The notes under the pieces: generated by a model
Told to the model about the DNA's origin: nothing
The model's database searches: none
Seen by the model: the letters and a program-made list of their open reading frames with translations, nothing else
Source of the DNA: Nitrosopumilus sp.
GTDB taxonomy: Archaea > Thermoproteota > Nitrososphaeria > Nitrososphaerales > Nitrosopumilaceae
DNA length: 64,000 nt
Reading direction: 5' to 3'
NCBI GenBank assembly: GCA_963662625.1
Contig: OY759726.1
Span: 1,408,001-1,472,000, forward strand
Shown: piece after piece, positions 20,920-37,464 of the stretch
How positions within the stretch are numbered: the first letter of the stretch is position 1
How the letters are laid out: every line of letters begins with the position of its first letter
Position numbers and translations under genes: made by a program

Positions 20920-21270
20920 GGCCCACCACGCCGGCACGTGTCAGGCCTGCCACCTCACTGGCAGCCACGGCGCCGGACGGCGGGAGGCTCTCGTGGAATG
21001 GCCTCCTTGCGCTTCAGCGCGGCGTTCTGCCCTGCCGTGGCTTGGGAGGGGCAGGATCAAAGCGTAGCGATCTAGATTTGTGGATTATTTGCGTAAATTT
21101 GCCTGATCACGTGCCGTCCGACGCTAGTCTACATATAAATATGAGGATTAATCATGTCTAACGAGACTAATGATTTGTAATTGCATTGGTGTACACGAGC
21201 GATCATGTGATCCATTGCGCGTCATGGCGTTTTGCACAAATTTTTATCCGCGTAGGGGCATGTGTCTGTC

Positions 21271-24200
21271 ATGTTGAAAATGACCCCCGGCATGGTTGTC
21301 GGCATAATGGTGGCCGTAGTTGCGGCATCCTCCGCGGTGATGGCCGCGCCGTACGCGGGCACGGCATACGCCGACCATGCCAGCCCTGTGTCGTTCACAT
21401 CCACCGTGAAGATCGACGGGATTGCCATAAGCGGCGGGGCCTTCAGCTACGACACCACCTTTGGCGTCAGCATAGCAAGCATCGGAGACCTCGACGGCGA
21501 CGGCACGGCCGACATCGCGGTGGGCGCGTCCGGCTCCTCGGCCTGTCGTACGTGCACTGGGATCGTGTACGTACTGTTCATGAACGCCGACGGCACCGTA
21601 AAGAGTTCGGCCACGATTGATGGCGATGCCCCCAACGCCCCGTCCTTGGATGTGGGAGACCGCTTCGGCGTCTCCGTGACGGGCCTAGGCGACCTCGACG
21701 GCGACGGCACGAACGACATCGCGGTGGGCGCGTCCGGTCACATACGCGGTGGTGTCGGCACAGGCGACACGTACATACTCTTCATGAACTCCGACGGAAC
21801 GGTAAAGCGCACTGCAACGATCGGCTCGCAGACGCCCAACGGTCCCGCGCTGGCCACAGACGACAAGTTCGGCTCGTCCGTGGTAAGCCTAGGCGACCTC
21901 GACGGCGACGGCACGACCGACATCGGCGTGGGCGCGCCCGGCCATTACCAAGACGACGTAAACACGGGCGACTTCTACGTAATCTTCCTCAACTCCGACG
22001 GAACGGTAAAGCGCACGACCGCGATCGACGGAACGACCCCCAACGTTCCTTCGTTGCCCGGAGACGGCAACTTTGGGCAGGCTGCGACAAGCCTCGGCGA
22101 CCTCGACGGCGACGGCACGACCGACATCGCGGTGGGCGCGCCGGGAGATGATGCCGACACCATAGGTACGGGAGACGTGTTCGTCATCTTCCTGAACCCA
22201 GACGGCACCGTAAAGGGGACGGCCAACCTCGACGGCGATACCCGAAACGTTCCCACGCTGGCGGGAGGCAGCCACTTTGGCAATGGCGTGGCGAACGCCG
22301 GCGACCTCGACGGCGACGGCACGACCGACATCGCGGTGGGCGCGCCGGGGATATTCACCCGGGCAGATCTCGCTGGTCAAGTTTACCTGTTGCTAATGAA
22401 CCCCGACGGCACCGTAAAGGGGACGACCACGATAGATGACGGCACGCCCAACGGCCCGTCCCTGGACGCGGGTGACCACTTTGGGTATTCCATTGCGGGA
22501 CTCGGCGACATCGACGGCGACGGCGCGGCGGAACTTGCCGTAGGCACGTACGGCGATGACACCGTCCACATAATATCCATAAGCGACGCGGCCTCTGCAG
22601 GCGACGGCCTGGTAAAGAACACGGGCGAGATTCAGGGCCGTACCATCGTACCCCCCTCTGCAGAAAATGACAACTTTGGGTGGGCCGTTGCAGGCATAGG
22701 AGACCTCGACGGCGACGGCACGACCGACATCGCGGTGGGAGGACCTGGCCGCTTCGTGGGAGGATCAGACCTGGGCGAGGTATATGTCCTGCTCATGAAT
22801 TCGGACGGCACCGTAAAGGCCAAGGCCAAGATCGACGGCGACGCGCCAAATGTCCCAGCACTGGAGATAGGCGACCGCTTTGGCTCGTCCGTCACGAGCC
22901 TCGGAGACCTCGACGGCGACGGCACGACCGACATCGCGGTGGGCGCGCCGGGGCATGTCTTGGGCAGTTCTAGCACGGGCTACGTATACGTCATGTTCCT
23001 AAACCCAGACGGCACCGTAAAGAACACTGTAAGGATAGACGGTAGCACGCCTAACGGCCCCGGGCTGGCGTCAGACGACCGCTTTGGCGAATCAGTCACG
23101 AGCCTCGGAGACCTCGACGGCGACGGCACGACCGACATCGCTGTGGGCGCGCCGGGCCATACCACCCGCGGCGCCAACACCGGCGACATGTACGTGCTGT
23201 TCATGAATTCGGACGGCACCGTAAAGGCCACGGTAAAGATCAACGCTGACACGCCAAACGGCCCAGCACTGGAACCCGGCGCACGCTTTGGCTGGTCCGT
23301 GGAAAACGTCGGCGACATCGACGGCGACGGCACGAACGACATCGCGGCAGGCGCGCCAGGGCATTCCGTCCGTGGAAACTCCACGGGCTCCATGTACGTC
23401 ATGTTCATGAACTATAACGGTACAGTAAAGAACACTGTCACGATAAACGGCGCGTCGGCCAACGTGCCGGCCTTGGCTGGTGGCGAACGCTTTGGGGCCG
23501 AAGTGGCAAGCATGGGCGACCTTGACCGCAACGGCGTCCCGGACATCGCGGTGGGCGCGCCGGGTCACATCATAGGCCCGCCGGGCAAGGAGTCGATCTA
23601 CGTGCTGTTGATGAACTCAGACGGCTCGGTAAAGCGCACAGGCATAGTTGACGGCAACACGCCAAACGGCCCAGTCCTGATTCCCGGCGAGCGCTTTGGC
23701 GCGGCCATTAGCAGCATAGGCGACCTCGACGGCGACGGCAACATGGATGTGGCGATGGGGGCACACGCATCGGGCTCCGTCTACATCGCGTACACGACGC
23801 CGACGTACGCATACGGCCATCCCGTGTCTGTCCTGTCCGTCGACACGTTTGACAGTGTCGCTGTAGGCGGCGGTGTTGTAGGAGTAAATAACACGTTTGG
23901 ATGGTCCATGGAAAGCATAGGCGACCTCGACGGCGACGGCGTCGGTGAGATTGCCGTGGGATCAACGGGTGCCCTAGCTTGTAACTGCACGGGCGAACTG
24001 TACATCATGATCATGAATTCAAACGGCACGATAAAGGGAACGCTTACCATCAACGGTGACACGCCCAACGTTCCGGCACTGGATATTGGCGGGAACTTTG
24101 GCGCGTCCATAGCAAGCCTCGGCGACATCGACGGCGACGGCGCGCTCGACATCGCGGTGGGCGCTCCCGGCAGCCTGCTAGGGGATCAGGGCACCGGCGA

Positions 24201-27200
24201 CCTGTTCATCCTGTTCATGAACGTTGACGGCACGGTCAAGCGCACGTCGACTATCAACACTTGGACTCCAAACGTCCCCACGCTGGCCACAGGGGCCCAC
24301 TTTGGCATGTCAGTGGAGAACATAGGCGACATCGATGGCGACGGCACGGTAGACATCGCGGTGGGTTCGACAGGCCGCATTACGAGCATGCTGGATACCG
24401 GCGACCTGTACATCCTTCTCCTCAAGCCCGACGGCACGGTGAAGAAGACGGTCAAGATCAACGATCAGACGCCCAACGTCCCCGAACTGCCAAAGGGATC
24501 CTACTTTGGATTTTCTATTTCAAGCTTGGGCGACCTTGACGGCGACGGCACGGTAGATCTTTCGGTGGGTGCGCCCAACAATCCCGCCGACCCCGCTGTC
24601 ACCGGCGACCTTTACATCCTGTTCATGAACTCGGACGTCACGGTAAGGGACACTGTCAAGATAAGCGCCGGGACGCCCAACGGCCCCGCGCTAACCGGAG
24701 GCGACTACTTTGGGATCTCTGTCCAAAACATAGGCGACATTGACGGCGACGGAACCACCGACATCATGGCTGGCGCGCCAGGCAGTGTGACCAGGGTGTC
24801 CGACACTGGAAGAATATACCTCATGCTCATGAACTCAGACGGCACCATAAAACGGACTAGCGTGATAGACGGGCAGACTCCCAACGGCCCTTCGCTGGAC
24901 GCCGGTGATCACTTTGGGTGGTCTATTGTAAGCCTCGGCGATACTGACGGCGACGGCGTGACCGACGTTATGGTCGGCACTGCCGGAGACGATTCCGTGC
25001 ACATCCTGTTCATGAATAACGGGGGAACCGTGAAGGGCTCCATCGAGATCCCATCACAGGCCGTCGTATCATTTAACCTGGTAAGCGACCAGTTTGGGTG
25101 GTCGACAAGCGCCATCGGCGACCTCGACGGCGACGGCGTCACCGACATCGCGTCGGGCGCGCCGGAACGTTCCATTGAGGGGGTCAACACGGGCAGCCTG
25201 TACATCCTGTTCATGAACGCCGACGGTACAATGAGGGAGACTGCGGAGATCAACGGCGGCAACACCTCCGGCCTCTCGCTGGTGTCCAACGACAGGTTTG
25301 GGGAGAGCGTGGAAGGACTGGGCGACCTCGACGGCGACGGCGTCACCGACATCGTGGTGGGCGCGCCCGGGAATGCCTTCAGTCCAGTCGACACGGGCAA
25401 CGCGTACGTATTATTCATGAACGCCAACGGCACGGTAAAGCAGGCGATCACCATCAACGGCAGCACCCCCAACGGCCCCGCACTCGATCCAAACAACAGG
25501 TTTGGAGAGTCTGTGGCCAACCTCGGCGACCTCGACGGCGACGGCACGATCGACATCGCCGTAGGCGGATCGGGAAATTTCCTGAGCAACACTGACACGG
25601 GAGACGTATTCATCCTGTTCATGAATTCCGACGCGACGGTGAACAAGACCATGGCGATCAACGACCAGACGCCGAACGGCCCGGCACTGACAGGGGGCGA
25701 CCGCTTTGGCAACGCCGTAGTAAACCTCGGCGACCTCGACGGCGACGGCGTCACCGACATCGCGGCGGGCGCGCCCGGGAATGCCTTTACCAGCGTGGAC
25801 ACGGGATCCGCGTACATCATGCTCATGAACTCAGACGGCACCGTAAAGGGTACCAGCGTGATCAACGGTCAGCTGCCCAACGGACCCGTACTCGGGGGCG
25901 GAAACCACTTTGGTGCCTCGCTGGCCAACCTAGGAGACCTTGACGGCAACGGCACCACCGACATTGCCGTGGGCGCCCCGAGCCGTGCAGCCGGCGGTGC
26001 GGGAATGGGCTACATGTACCTGCTGTTGACGAACCCCGACGGCACGATAAAGAGCACCACGGAGATCAGCGGTTCGAGCCCCAACATGCCCACGCTCGGG
26101 GATGTGGATCGTTTCGGCTCGTCAGTGGCCAGCATCGGCGACATCGACGGCAACGGCGACGTTGACTTGGCCATAGGCGCGCCCCTCTCGTCCAAGCTTT
26201 ACGTAACGTACCTGTCCACGTCCGAAAGCCGGTTCGTAACCACCTGGCAGACGACCATTCCGGGAGAGTCGATAAGCATCCCAGTAGGCGGCGCAACGGG
26301 CACCTACACCGTAGACTGGGGAGACGGGAACGCATCCATGCACAGCGGCGACGCACTCCATGCTTACAGCGCCCCCGGGACCTACACCGTGCAGATCTCA
26401 GGCGACTTTACGAGGATAAGCCTCGGTGACGATCCCAACAACGCCGCCAAGCTGCGCTCCATAGAGCAGTGGGGCACAGCCGGCTGGACATCAATGCAGT
26501 CTGCCTTCAAGGGGGCGGCCAACATGGCATACGGGGCGACCGACACACCGGACCTCTCCGGCGTCGCCGACACGTCATTCATGTTCAGCGGCGCGTCATC
26601 CTTCAACGGGGCCATCTCCTCCTGGGACGTCTCGTCGGTCACCAACATGTCCGGCATGTTCGCCGACGCCGCATCCTTCAACCAGTCCCTTGGCTCTTGG
26701 GACGTCTCGTCGGTCACCGACACGTCCGGCATGTTCAGCGGCGCGTCATCCTTCAACCGGTCCCTCGACTCCTGGGACGTCTCCTCCGTCACCTATGCGT
26801 CCGGCATGTTCTCCCGCGCCGCCTCCTTCAACGGCGACATATCCACCTGGGACGTATCCTCCGTAAACGACACGTCCGCGATGTTCTTCCGCGCCGCCTC
26901 CTTCAACGGCGACATATCCACCTGGGACGTCTCGTCGGTCGCCTACATGTCCGGCATGTTCTCAAACGCGTCCTCCTTCAACCAGCCGCTGGCCACCTGG
27001 GACACCTCCTCCGTCACCGACGCGTCCTCCATGTTCGCCGGCGCCGCCTCCTTCAACGGCGACATATCCACCTGGGACACCTCATCCGTCACCGACGCGT
27101 CCTCCATGTTCGCCGGCGCCGCCTCCTTCAACGGCGACATATCCACCTGGGACACCTCCTCCGTCACCGACGCGTCCTCCATGTTCGCCGGCGCCGCCTC

Positions 27201-29466
27201 CTTCAACCAGCCCATCGGCTCTTGGGACACCTCCTCCGTCACCGACATGAGTGGGATGTTCGCCGACGCCGCCTCCTTCAACCAGTCCCTCGGCTCATGG
27301 GACGTCTCCTCCGTAAACGACACGTCCGGCATGTTCTGGAACGCGCCCGCCTTCAACCAGCCGCTGGCCTCCTGGAACGTCTCGTCGGTCGCCTACATGT
27401 CCGGCATGTTCTCAAACGCGTCCTCCTTCAACCAGCCGCTGGCCACATGGGACACCTCCTCCGCCACCGACATGAGTGGGATGTTCTCCAGCGCGTCCTC
27501 CTTCGACCAGCCGCTGGCCTCCTGGGACGTCTCGTCGGTCGCCTACATGTCCGGCATGTTCTCAAACGCGTCCTCCTTCAACCAGCCGCTGGCCACCTGG
27601 GACACCTCCTCCCTCACCGACGCGTCCTCCATGTTCAGCGCCGCCACCGCCTTCAACGGCGACATATCCTCCTGGGACACCTCGTCGGTCACCGACATGT
27701 CCCTGATGTTCTCCGATGCCCCCGCCTTCAACCAGCCGCTGGCCACCTGGGACACCTCCTCCCTCACCGACGCGTCCTCCATGTTCAGCGGTGCGTTCTC
27801 CTTCAACCAGCCCCTGCCCACCTGGGACACCTCCTCCCTCACCGACGCGTCCGGCATGTTCGCCCTTGCCTACACCTTCAACGGCGACATATCCTCCTGG
27901 GACACCTCGTCGGTCACCGACATGTCCTGGATGTTCTTCAACGCGATCTCCTTCGACCGGCCCATCGGCTCCTGGGACACCTCGTCGGTCACCGACATGT
28001 CCCACATGTTCGATGACGCCTACGCCTTCAACGGCGACATCTCCTCCTGGGACACCTCGTCGGTCACCGGCATGTCCTGGATGTTCTTCGGCACGCTGCA
28101 GTTCAACCAGCCCATCGGCTCCTGGGACACCTCCTCCGTCACCGACATGTCGCTCATGTTCTCAAACGCGGACTCCTTCAACCAGCCCATCGGCTCCTGG
28201 GACGTCTCCGGCGTCACCGACATGTCGGGCATGTTCTCGGGCGCCCTCGCATTCAACCAGGACATCTCCTCCTGGGCCGTCTCGTCCCTTGACGACGCGT
28301 CCTTCATGTTCGCCGGCGCACCCGCCTTCAACCAGCCGCTGGATCCATGGGACGTCTCGAACGTGGCCGACATGTCCTACATGTTCTACCGCGCCATATC
28401 CTTCAACCAGCCCATCGGCTCCTGGGACGTCTCCGGCGTCACCGACATGACCGACATGTTACACTTTGCGTCGTCATTCGATCAGAACCTGGGCAACTGG
28501 TACGTGGTGCCGGCCGACACCAGGGTCAACGCCGGGACCACCCTGGTCACCACCCTCATGGCGCAGAATATGTTCCTTGACGGCCAGGGCCTGTCATACA
28601 GCGTGGCTCCGGGCGGCGACGGGGCCATGTTCGAGGTCTGCGGCAGCTACCTGAAGTCCACGTCGCCATCTTACTCCGAGCCCTCCTATGACGTCACGAT
28701 ACTGTCCGAAGGCGGGTTCGCGTCGCCAAATTCCAAGACCGTGACGGTAACGGTGGGAGGCGACGACGGCACCGGCACCGGCGGCGTCGACGCGCCGATC
28801 TCCCCGGCCGGCGGCGACACCGCCATGGTCACGGGAACCGTGTTCACGGACGCCAACGGCAACGGCATGCGCGACGCCGGCGAGCCCGGCGTCAGGGGCT
28901 ACACGATGTACGCCATAGACCTGACGAACCCGCAGGTGGTCATGGAGGCGGTCACGTGTTCCGACGGCACGTACTTCTTTGGCGGCCTCACGCCGTCCGA
29001 GACGACGCTGGTGCAGACCACGTACTTCCCGTTTGACAGCACCATAACCACCGGGCCGTTCTACGCGTACGTGCAGCCTACGGCGGACACGCCGGAGACG
29101 TTCGACGTCGGGTTCAGGCCCGTGGCGCCGTCGGAGGCCGTGACGCTCAACGTCACCGCGTACGCCGACTCCAACGCAAACGGCATGCGCGACGCGGGCG
29201 AGCCGACGATACCTGGCGTGACGGTAACCGTGTACACGTACACCACCAACGAGCTGGACTCCGTGACCACCGGCCGGGACGGCACGGCAAGCAAGGCCGA
29301 CATCACCCCGGCCGACTTCCTGGCCCAGGCGGTGATCCCGCAGGGCTACGCCGCGGCGACGTCGCCGGCAGACCCGTCATCGGGCATCGCGGGCGCGCTC
29401 ACCGTGACTGCCCCGGCGCCTGGCTCCAGCGTCTCCATGGTGGTGGGCCTGGTTCCGTCCAGCTAG
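21271..29466 (+). CDS. giant secreted surface protein: 24 FG-GAP repeats, PKD-like, 25 DUF285/BspA repeats, cadherin-like, SdrD-B-like domains
   Basis: Same architecture as 13760-18274; signal peptide ending AYA-D; repeats counted by hand from the translation. Confidence 0.9.
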   Translation: MLKMTPGMVVGIMVAVVAASSAVMAAPYAGTAYADHASPVSFTSTVKIDGIAISGGAFSYDTTFGVSIASIGDLDGDGTADIAVGASGSSACRTCTGIVYVLFMNADGTVKSSATIDGDAPNAPSLDVGDRFGVSVTGLGDLDGDGTNDIAVGASGHIRGGVGTGDTYILFMNSDGTVKRTATIGSQTPNGPALATDDKFGSSVVSLGDLDGDGTTDIGVGAPGHYQDDVNTGDFYVIFLNSDGTVKRTTAIDGTTPNVPSLPGDGNFGQAATSLGDLDGDGTTDIAVGAPGDDADTIGTGDVFVIFLNPDGTVKGTANLDGDTRNVPTLAGGSHFGNGVANAGDLDGDGTTDIAVGAPGIFTRADLAGQVYLLLMNPDGTVKGTTTIDDGTPNGPSLDAGDHFGYSIAGLGDIDGDGAAELAVGTYGDDTVHIISISDAASAGDGLVKNTGEIQGRTIVPPSAENDNFGWAVAGIGDLDGDGTTDIAVGGPGRFVGGSDLGEVYVLLMNSDGTVKAKAKIDGDAPNVPALEIGDRFGSSVTSLGDLDGDGTTDIAVGAPGHVLGSSSTGYVYVMFLNPDGTVKNTVRIDGSTPNGPGLASDDRFGESVTSLGDLDGDGTTDIAVGAPGHTTRGANTGDMYVLFMNSDGTVKATVKINADTPNGPALEPGARFGWSVENVGDIDGDGTNDIAAGAPGHSVRGNSTGSMYVMFMNYNGTVKNTVTINGASANVPALAGGERFGAEVASMGDLDRNGVPDIAVGAPGHIIGPPGKESIYVLLMNSDGSVKRTGIVDGNTPNGPVLIPGERFGAAISSIGDLDGDGNMDVAMGAHASGSVYIAYTTPTYAYGHPVSVLSVDTFDSVAVGGGVVGVNNTFGWSMESIGDLDGDGVGEIAVGSTGALACNCTGELYIMIMNSNGTIKGTLTINGDTPNVPALDIGGNFGASIASLGDIDGDGALDIAVGAPGSLLGDQGTGDLFILFMNVDGTVKRTSTINTWTPNVPTLATGAHFGMSVENIGDIDGDGTVDIAVGSTGRITSMLDTGDLYILLLKPDGTVKKTVKINDQTPNVPELPKGSYFGFSISSLGDLDGDGTVDLSVGAPNNPADPAVTGDLYILFMNSDVTVRDTVKISAGTPNGPALTGGDYFGISVQNIGDIDGDGTTDIMAGAPGSVTRVSDTGRIYLMLMNSDGTIKRTSVIDGQTPNGPSLDAGDHFGWSIVSLGDTDGDGVTDVMVGTAGDDSVHILFMNNGGTVKGSIEIPSQAVVSFNLVSDQFGWSTSAIGDLDGDGVTDIASGAPERSIEGVNTGSLYILFMNADGTMRETAEINGGNTSGLSLVSNDRFGESVEGLGDLDGDGVTDIVVGAPGNAFSPVDTGNAYVLFMNANGTVKQAITINGSTPNGPALDPNNRFGESVANLGDLDGDGTIDIAVGGSGNFLSNTDTGDVFILFMNSDATVNKTMAINDQTPNGPALTGGDRFGNAVVNLGDLDGDGVTDIAAGAPGNAFTSVDTGSAYIMLMNSDGTVKGTSVINGQLPNGPVLGGGNHFGASLANLGDLDGNGTTDIAVGAPSRAAGGAGMGYMYLLLTNPDGTIKSTTEISGSSPNMPTLGDVDRFGSSVASIGDIDGNGDVDLAIGAPLSSKLYVTYLSTSESRFVTTWQTTIPGESISIPVGGATGTYTVDWGDGNASMHSGDALHAYSAPGTYTVQISGDFTRISLGDDPNNAAKLRSIEQWGTAGWTSMQSAFKGAANMAYGATDTPDLSGVADTSFMFSGASSFNGAISSWDVSSVTNMSGMFADAASFNQSLGSWDVSSVTDTSGMFSGASSFNRSLDSWDVSSVTYASGMFSRAASFNGDISTWDVSSVNDTSAMFFRAASFNGDISTWDVSSVAYMSGMFSNASSFNQPLATWDTSSVTDASSMFAGAASFNGDISTWDTSSVTDASSMFAGAASFNGDISTWDTSSVTDASSMFAGAASFNQPIGSWDTSSVTDMSGMFADAASFNQSLGSWDVSSVNDTSGMFWNAPAFNQPLASWNVSSVAYMSGMFSNASSFNQPLATWDTSSATDMSGMFSSASSFDQPLASWDVSSVAYMSGMFSNASSFNQPLATWDTSSLTDASSMFSAATAFNGDISSWDTSSVTDMSLMFSDAPAFNQPLATWDTSSLTDASSMFSGAFSFNQPLPTWDTSSLTDASGMFALAYTFNGDISSWDTSSVTDMSWMFFNAISFDRPIGSWDTSSVTDMSHMFDDAYAFNGDISSWDTSSVTGMSWMFFGTLQFNQPIGSWDTSSVTDMSLMFSNADSFNQPIGSWDVSGVTDMSGMFSGALAFNQDISSWAVSSLDDASFMFAGAPAFNQPLDPWDVSNVADMSYMFYRAISFNQPIGSWDVSGVTDMTDMLHFASSFDQNLGNWYVVPADTRVNAGTTLVTTLMAQNMFLDGQGLSYSVAPGGDGAMFEVCGSYLKSTSPSYSEPSYDVTILSEGGFASPNSKTVTVTVGGDDGTGTGGVDAPISPAGGDTAMVTGTVFTDANGNGMRDAGEPGVRGYTMYAIDLTNPQVVMEAVTCSDGTYFFGGLTPSETTLVQTTYFPFDSTITTGPFYAYVQPTADTPETFDVGFRPVAPSEAVTLNVTAYADSNANGMRDAGEPTIPGVTVTVYTYTTNELDSVTTGRDGTASKADITPADFLAQAVIPQGYAAATSPADPSSGIAGALTVTAPAPGSSVSMVVGLVPSS
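26623..28500 (+). repeat. intragenic 75-bp DUF285 tandem repeats (25 units)
   Basis: 25-aa unit W(D/N)(V/T)SSVTDMS.MF..A..FN(Q/G)...; TGG codons 75 bp apart (26623, 26698, ...). Confidence 0.92.
28825..29452 (+). repeat. 628-bp near-identical direct repeat of 17633-18260
   Basis: Colinear, same length, long exact runs (e.g. ggcgtcaggggctacacgatgtacgccatagacctgacgaacccgcaggtggtcatgga). Confidence 0.9.
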
Positions 29467-29763
29467 TCCTGACGGCAGCCGAGTGGCGTGGCTTTGCACC
29501 CAGCACAATACGGGCGGCGTGCGATCATGCGTTGCGGCCGATCGCGTGCCTGAACAACGTCGGCAGTATCCGGTACGGCACGCCACAAGGGCGGGGCAGT
29601 ACGACGTGGCATGGCTGTTCCCGACGCGGGCGGGGTTGCGCCGCGGCTCGCAGGAACGGCGGTGCCGGCCTGCCACGGCGGTGGGGATGCGGGAGGGCCG
29701 GCCGCCGGGCCAGTCACGCAAAAGGCGCCGGCGCAATGCCCGAGGCCGCGGCCCGGCCGCCGG

Positions 29764-31092
29764 TCAGATCCCCTCGGACGCCCTGATGATCTCCCTGATG
29801 TCCTGCCTGGTGTGGGCGTTTGAGATCGCGCCCAGCTTGCCCGGCAGGAAGAATATGCCGTCACGCGCTATCATCTTAAAGTGGTACCTGGAGAGCGCCC
29901 CCGTGTCGCACCCTGCTGCCTGCGCCGCATTTGTGACGTCTGCCCCGTCGGTAAAATGCGTCATGAACAGCGACCCCATTCCGGTCACCACCGCCTTCCC
30001 GTCGAGGGCCCGCGCCAGCCCCCCCCTCGCCATCTCCCCGAGCGAGTTGATCTTGGAATAGACGGATCCCGACCTCAGCTCGTCCAGCGTGGCGAGTCCG
30101 GAGACCATCGATGCCGGGTGCGCCGAAAACGTCCCGCCGCCCACGTAGCTCCTCTCGGACTTCTTCCTTCCGGTGGTGTCCGCGTGCGCCATCACCTCTT
30201 CCTTGCCGCACATCACGCCGATCGGCATCCCGCCCCCGACGATCTTCCCGAGAGTCACGATGTCGGGATCCAGCCCCATTTCCTGGTACATGCATCCAAA
30301 CCTGAACCTGAACCCCGTCACGATCTCGTCCAGCATGAACAGCGAGCCGTTCTTCCTGCAGAACTCCTGCACCCCCGCGAGGTAGTCTGCCTCCGCCGGG
30401 ATGCACCCGCCGCCGCCGAGCACCGGCTCTATGATCACCCCGGCCAGGTCGGCGGCGTGCCTGCCCAGCACCCCCAGCGTCCCCTCCAGGTCGTTGTACG
30501 GCACGGAGACGATGCTCCTGCCGCCTACCAGCCCCGCGCTCTCGGGTTCGGAGAAGGGCCAGTTTACGGTCTTTAGCAGGTCCGACGTATACCCGTGCCA
30601 CCCGCCCTCCACCTTCGCGATCACCCTGCGCCCGGTGGCCGAGCGGGCAAGCCTCACCGCGTACATGGTGGCCTCTGTCCCGGACGTGACGTAGCGTATC
30701 TTCTCGGCCACCGGGACCGCCTTCGATATGGCCTCGGACAGCGCGACCGTCTGCTCGTTGACAGTGCCGTACATCCAGCCCCTCTTCACCTGCCTCCCAA
30801 GCGCCTCCCTTACGGCCCTCGGGCCGTGCCCCAGGATCAGGGCCCAGTGCCCCATCCAGTAGTCCGTATACATGTTAGAGTCCACGTCCACCAGGCTTTT
30901 TCCTGCCGACGACTCGACCACGAACGGGTAGGGATCAAAATACCTCACGTTGTGGGAGACGCCGTTCACGTGCAGCCTGGCAGACCTTGCAAACAGCCTG
31001 GCAGACTTGGGCGTCTTCTTCCTGTACAGCGCGGCATAGTCCAAGGGCGATCTCTGTTGGCGGATCTGTAATTTTAACCCTGACGTGCCCAA
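29764..31092 (-). CDS. hemL: glutamate-1-semialdehyde 2,1-aminomutase (class III aminotransferase)
   Basis: [45 protein letters not shown]; divergent from the rRNA operon as in Thaumarchaeota; true start may lie slightly downstream. Confidence 0.85.
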   Translation of the reverse strand: MGTSGLKLQIRQQRSPLDYAALYRKKTPKSARLFARSARLHVNGVSHNVRYFDPYPFVVESSAGKSLVDVDSNMYTDYWMGHWALILGHGPRAVREALGRQVKRGWMYGTVNEQTVALSEAISKAVPVAEKIRYVTSGTEATMYAVRLARSATGRRVIAKVEGGWHGYTSDLLKTVNWPFSEPESAGLVGGRSIVSVPYNDLEGTLGVLGRHAADLAGVIIEPVLGGGGCIPAEADYLAGVQEFCRKNGSLFMLDEIVTGFRFRFGCMYQEMGLDPDIVTLGKIVGGGMPIGVMCGKEEVMAHADTTGRKKSERSYVGGGTFSAHPASMVSGLATLDELRSGSVYSKINSLGEMARGGLARALDGKAVVTGMGSLFMTHFTDGADVTNAAQAAGCDTGALSRYHFKMIARDGIFFLPGKLGAISNAHTRQDIREIIRASEGI

Positions 31093-31145
31093 AAACGCGC
31101 CCCCAGGCGGCTTCCGGGACCGCCGGACGGCGCCAGCGTCACGGG

Positions 31146-31196
31146 GTTTTTATAGGAGATCGCCGGATCGGGCCAGGATTAGGCATGGTTTATATG
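31146..31196 (+). promoter_or_regulatory. candidate tandem TATA boxes of the rRNA operon
   Basis: TTTTTATA and GTTTATAT about 200-250 bp upstream of 16S in an AT-rich leader. Confidence 0.45.
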
Positions 31197-31401
31197 GATT
31201 TGACTTCCTTTAATCATTGCATACGTAACGCAATAGGCGGCGTCCGTGATGAAGTATGGCATTGCGCCATTTTGTGATTCACGGGCCTCCAGTTACGCAT
31301 ACAAAATGAGGGTCTGACCAACCGGTCAGATCTGAAGTGTGAAGATTATGTGCATCTGTCAATTCCTAGACGACTAGTACGTCAATAATCAGAAAGATCA
31401 G

Positions 31402-32872
<1,471 letters not shown>

Positions 32873-33026
32873 TAGACACGGAATGGCACGGGTGCACATA
32901 GTCTCCGCACAAACCATCGATGCAATGCATCACGAGAGTGGTGTATGAAGGATGTAGCAGGCCCCCCCAACCCGGAGGGACTTGTGATGATCATCGTGCA
33001 TAGTCGTGTAATATGTGGCTGAATTT

Positions 33027-36011
<2,985 letters not shown>

Positions 36012-36154
36012 TCAGCCACTTACATAGAGACTATGCACGATGCAATCATTTTTGATCACCCCTAGCGGATGCTGTGGGCGGCCGGCGCCGCCCGCCGTCT
36101 TTCGCCGGCGCCATGCGCCCGGGACCTGGGGATCCGCGGGCCCGCAGACGCCCC

Positions 36155-36358
36155 CGGGCGCCAGCAAGAAGGGTCACTGCCCGGCGCCAGCAAGAAGGGT
36201 CACTGCCCGGCGCCAGCAAGAAGGGTCACTGCCCGGCGCCAGCAAGAAGGGTCACTGCCCGGCGCCAGCAAGAAGGGTCACTGCCCGGCGCCAGCAAGAA
36301 GGGTCACTGCCCGGCGCCAGCAAGAAGGGTCACTGCCCGGCGCCAGCAAGAAGGGTCA
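36155..36358. repeat. 26-bp tandem repeat, about 8 copies (CCGGCGCCAGCAAGAAGGGTCACTGC)
   Basis: Units start at 36155, 36181, 36207, 36233, 36259, 36285, 36311, 36337; no spacers. Confidence 0.95.
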
Positions 36359-36507
36359 TTCCTCGATGTCCGTCTGGAGTTCCTCGGGAAGCGTGGCCCA
36401 CCATTTTTCGTCAGACATCAACAGTGTTCTCCCAGACTGGCTAATAGATCTGCCGGTCAACTATTCATTCCCTTTGCGCAAGAAAACATGACAAGATCCG
36501 CGGCGCC

Positions 36508-37017
36508 CTAGTCCTTCTCGTAGGGGACGCCCCCGCCGTCCGGCACACCGCGGCGCCGGACCTTCACGACCACAGTGTTGCCTGCCTTGTTGAAGATCCT
36601 CTGCCTGTTGCTGTTCGTGAAGATCCACCCGAGGATCACGTCGACCGGCAACAGGAACGCCTTGCCGAAGCTGCTGATCAGGATCCCCGACAGGCCGGAC
36701 GCGCCGCCGTCCGCGCTGACCACCCTGAGGTTCAGGGCCCTCTTCCCGACGGACTGGCCCGTCCTGTGCTCCAGGATCGCCCAGTACGCGAAGAACACCA
36801 CGCTGGTCCAGAGGTAGCCCGCGCTCTCCGCCAGGAACCGCCCGGGTTCCATCTCCGACCCGGGATCCATGTCTTCCACGGGCTGCACGTCCGGCACGGG
36901 AACCGCCACCATGAACACCGCGCCCGATACCACGGAGATTATCACAAAGTCGATGAGCCACGCGAGGAACCTCTCGCTCCACCTGGCCACCTTCATCTCT
37001 GCGGTTCCGTCTGACAT
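36508..37017 (-). CDS. RDD family membrane protein
   Basis: RFLAWLID, GQSVGKRALNLRVV, QRIFNKAGNTVVV. Confidence 0.88.
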   Translation of the reverse strand: MSDGTAEMKVARWSERFLAWLIDFVIISVVSGAVFMVAVPVPDVQPVEDMDPGSEMEPGRFLAESAGYLWTSVVFFAYWAILEHRTGQSVGKRALNLRVVSADGGASGLSGILISSFGKAFLLPVDVILGWIFTNSNRQRIFNKAGNTVVVKVRRRGVPDGGGVPYEKD

Positions 37018-37166
37018 GGAATCGGTTGGCTGTCCCGTCCTAATATGAATTGCGAGCAGGCCGGAATCCCGCGCCCCGGGCGCCCCCGCGGTTGGTTTTG
37101 AGCTGACCTCCGATCAACCCACGGCGCATGGCAAGCGCTTTAAGACGCCGGGTGGCATCAACTGCC

Positions 37167-37298
37167 ATGAAAGCACGGTTTTTAACGGTATGCACCTCCT
37201 GCGGCGGGAAGATCCAGCCGGGAAAGGAGATCTCCAAGAACGGGGACGAACTGTGGGTCCACAAGCATTGCGCCGAGGACGCAGAGGGACTCCCATAG
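37167..37298 (+). CDS. small zinc-finger-like protein (43 aa)
   Basis: Manual translation MKARFLTVCTSCGGKIQPGKEISKNGDELWVHKHCAEDAEGLP (CxxC...HxxC); TTTAA box upstream. Confidence 0.7.
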   Translation: MKARFLTVCTSCGGKIQPGKEISKNGDELWVHKHCAEDAEGLP

Positions 37299-37464
37299 GC
37301 AGGAACGCGCCGCCTGGCAGGCGCCTGGCGTGCCCCCAGAGGGATCCGGGCGACTTGTCCGGCTCCAATGGGCCGGAACGCGCCTCCCGGCAGGCGCCCC
37401 GCCCCGCCATTTTCCCGGGATCTTGGGCTAGGTTTTTATTTTGAATCTGGTATGCGACAGGTGA

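Noticed and set aside
26469-28016. 515-aa His/Arg/Leu-rich repetitive ORF
   Set aside because: Alternative frame of the DUF285 repeat array.
13760-29466. Diversity-generating retroelement acting on the adhesins or ISs
   Set aside because: No reverse transcriptase in the window; differences between the 628-bp repeats are not adenine-specific, and the IS changes include both A->G and T->C on one strand.
36012-36150. Missing 5S rRNA and spacer tRNA
   Set aside because: An unlinked 5S and a tRNA-free ITS are normal for Thaumarchaeota.
36155-36358. Possible CRISPR array
   Set aside because: Units are directly contiguous with no unique spacers, and there are no cas genes in the window.
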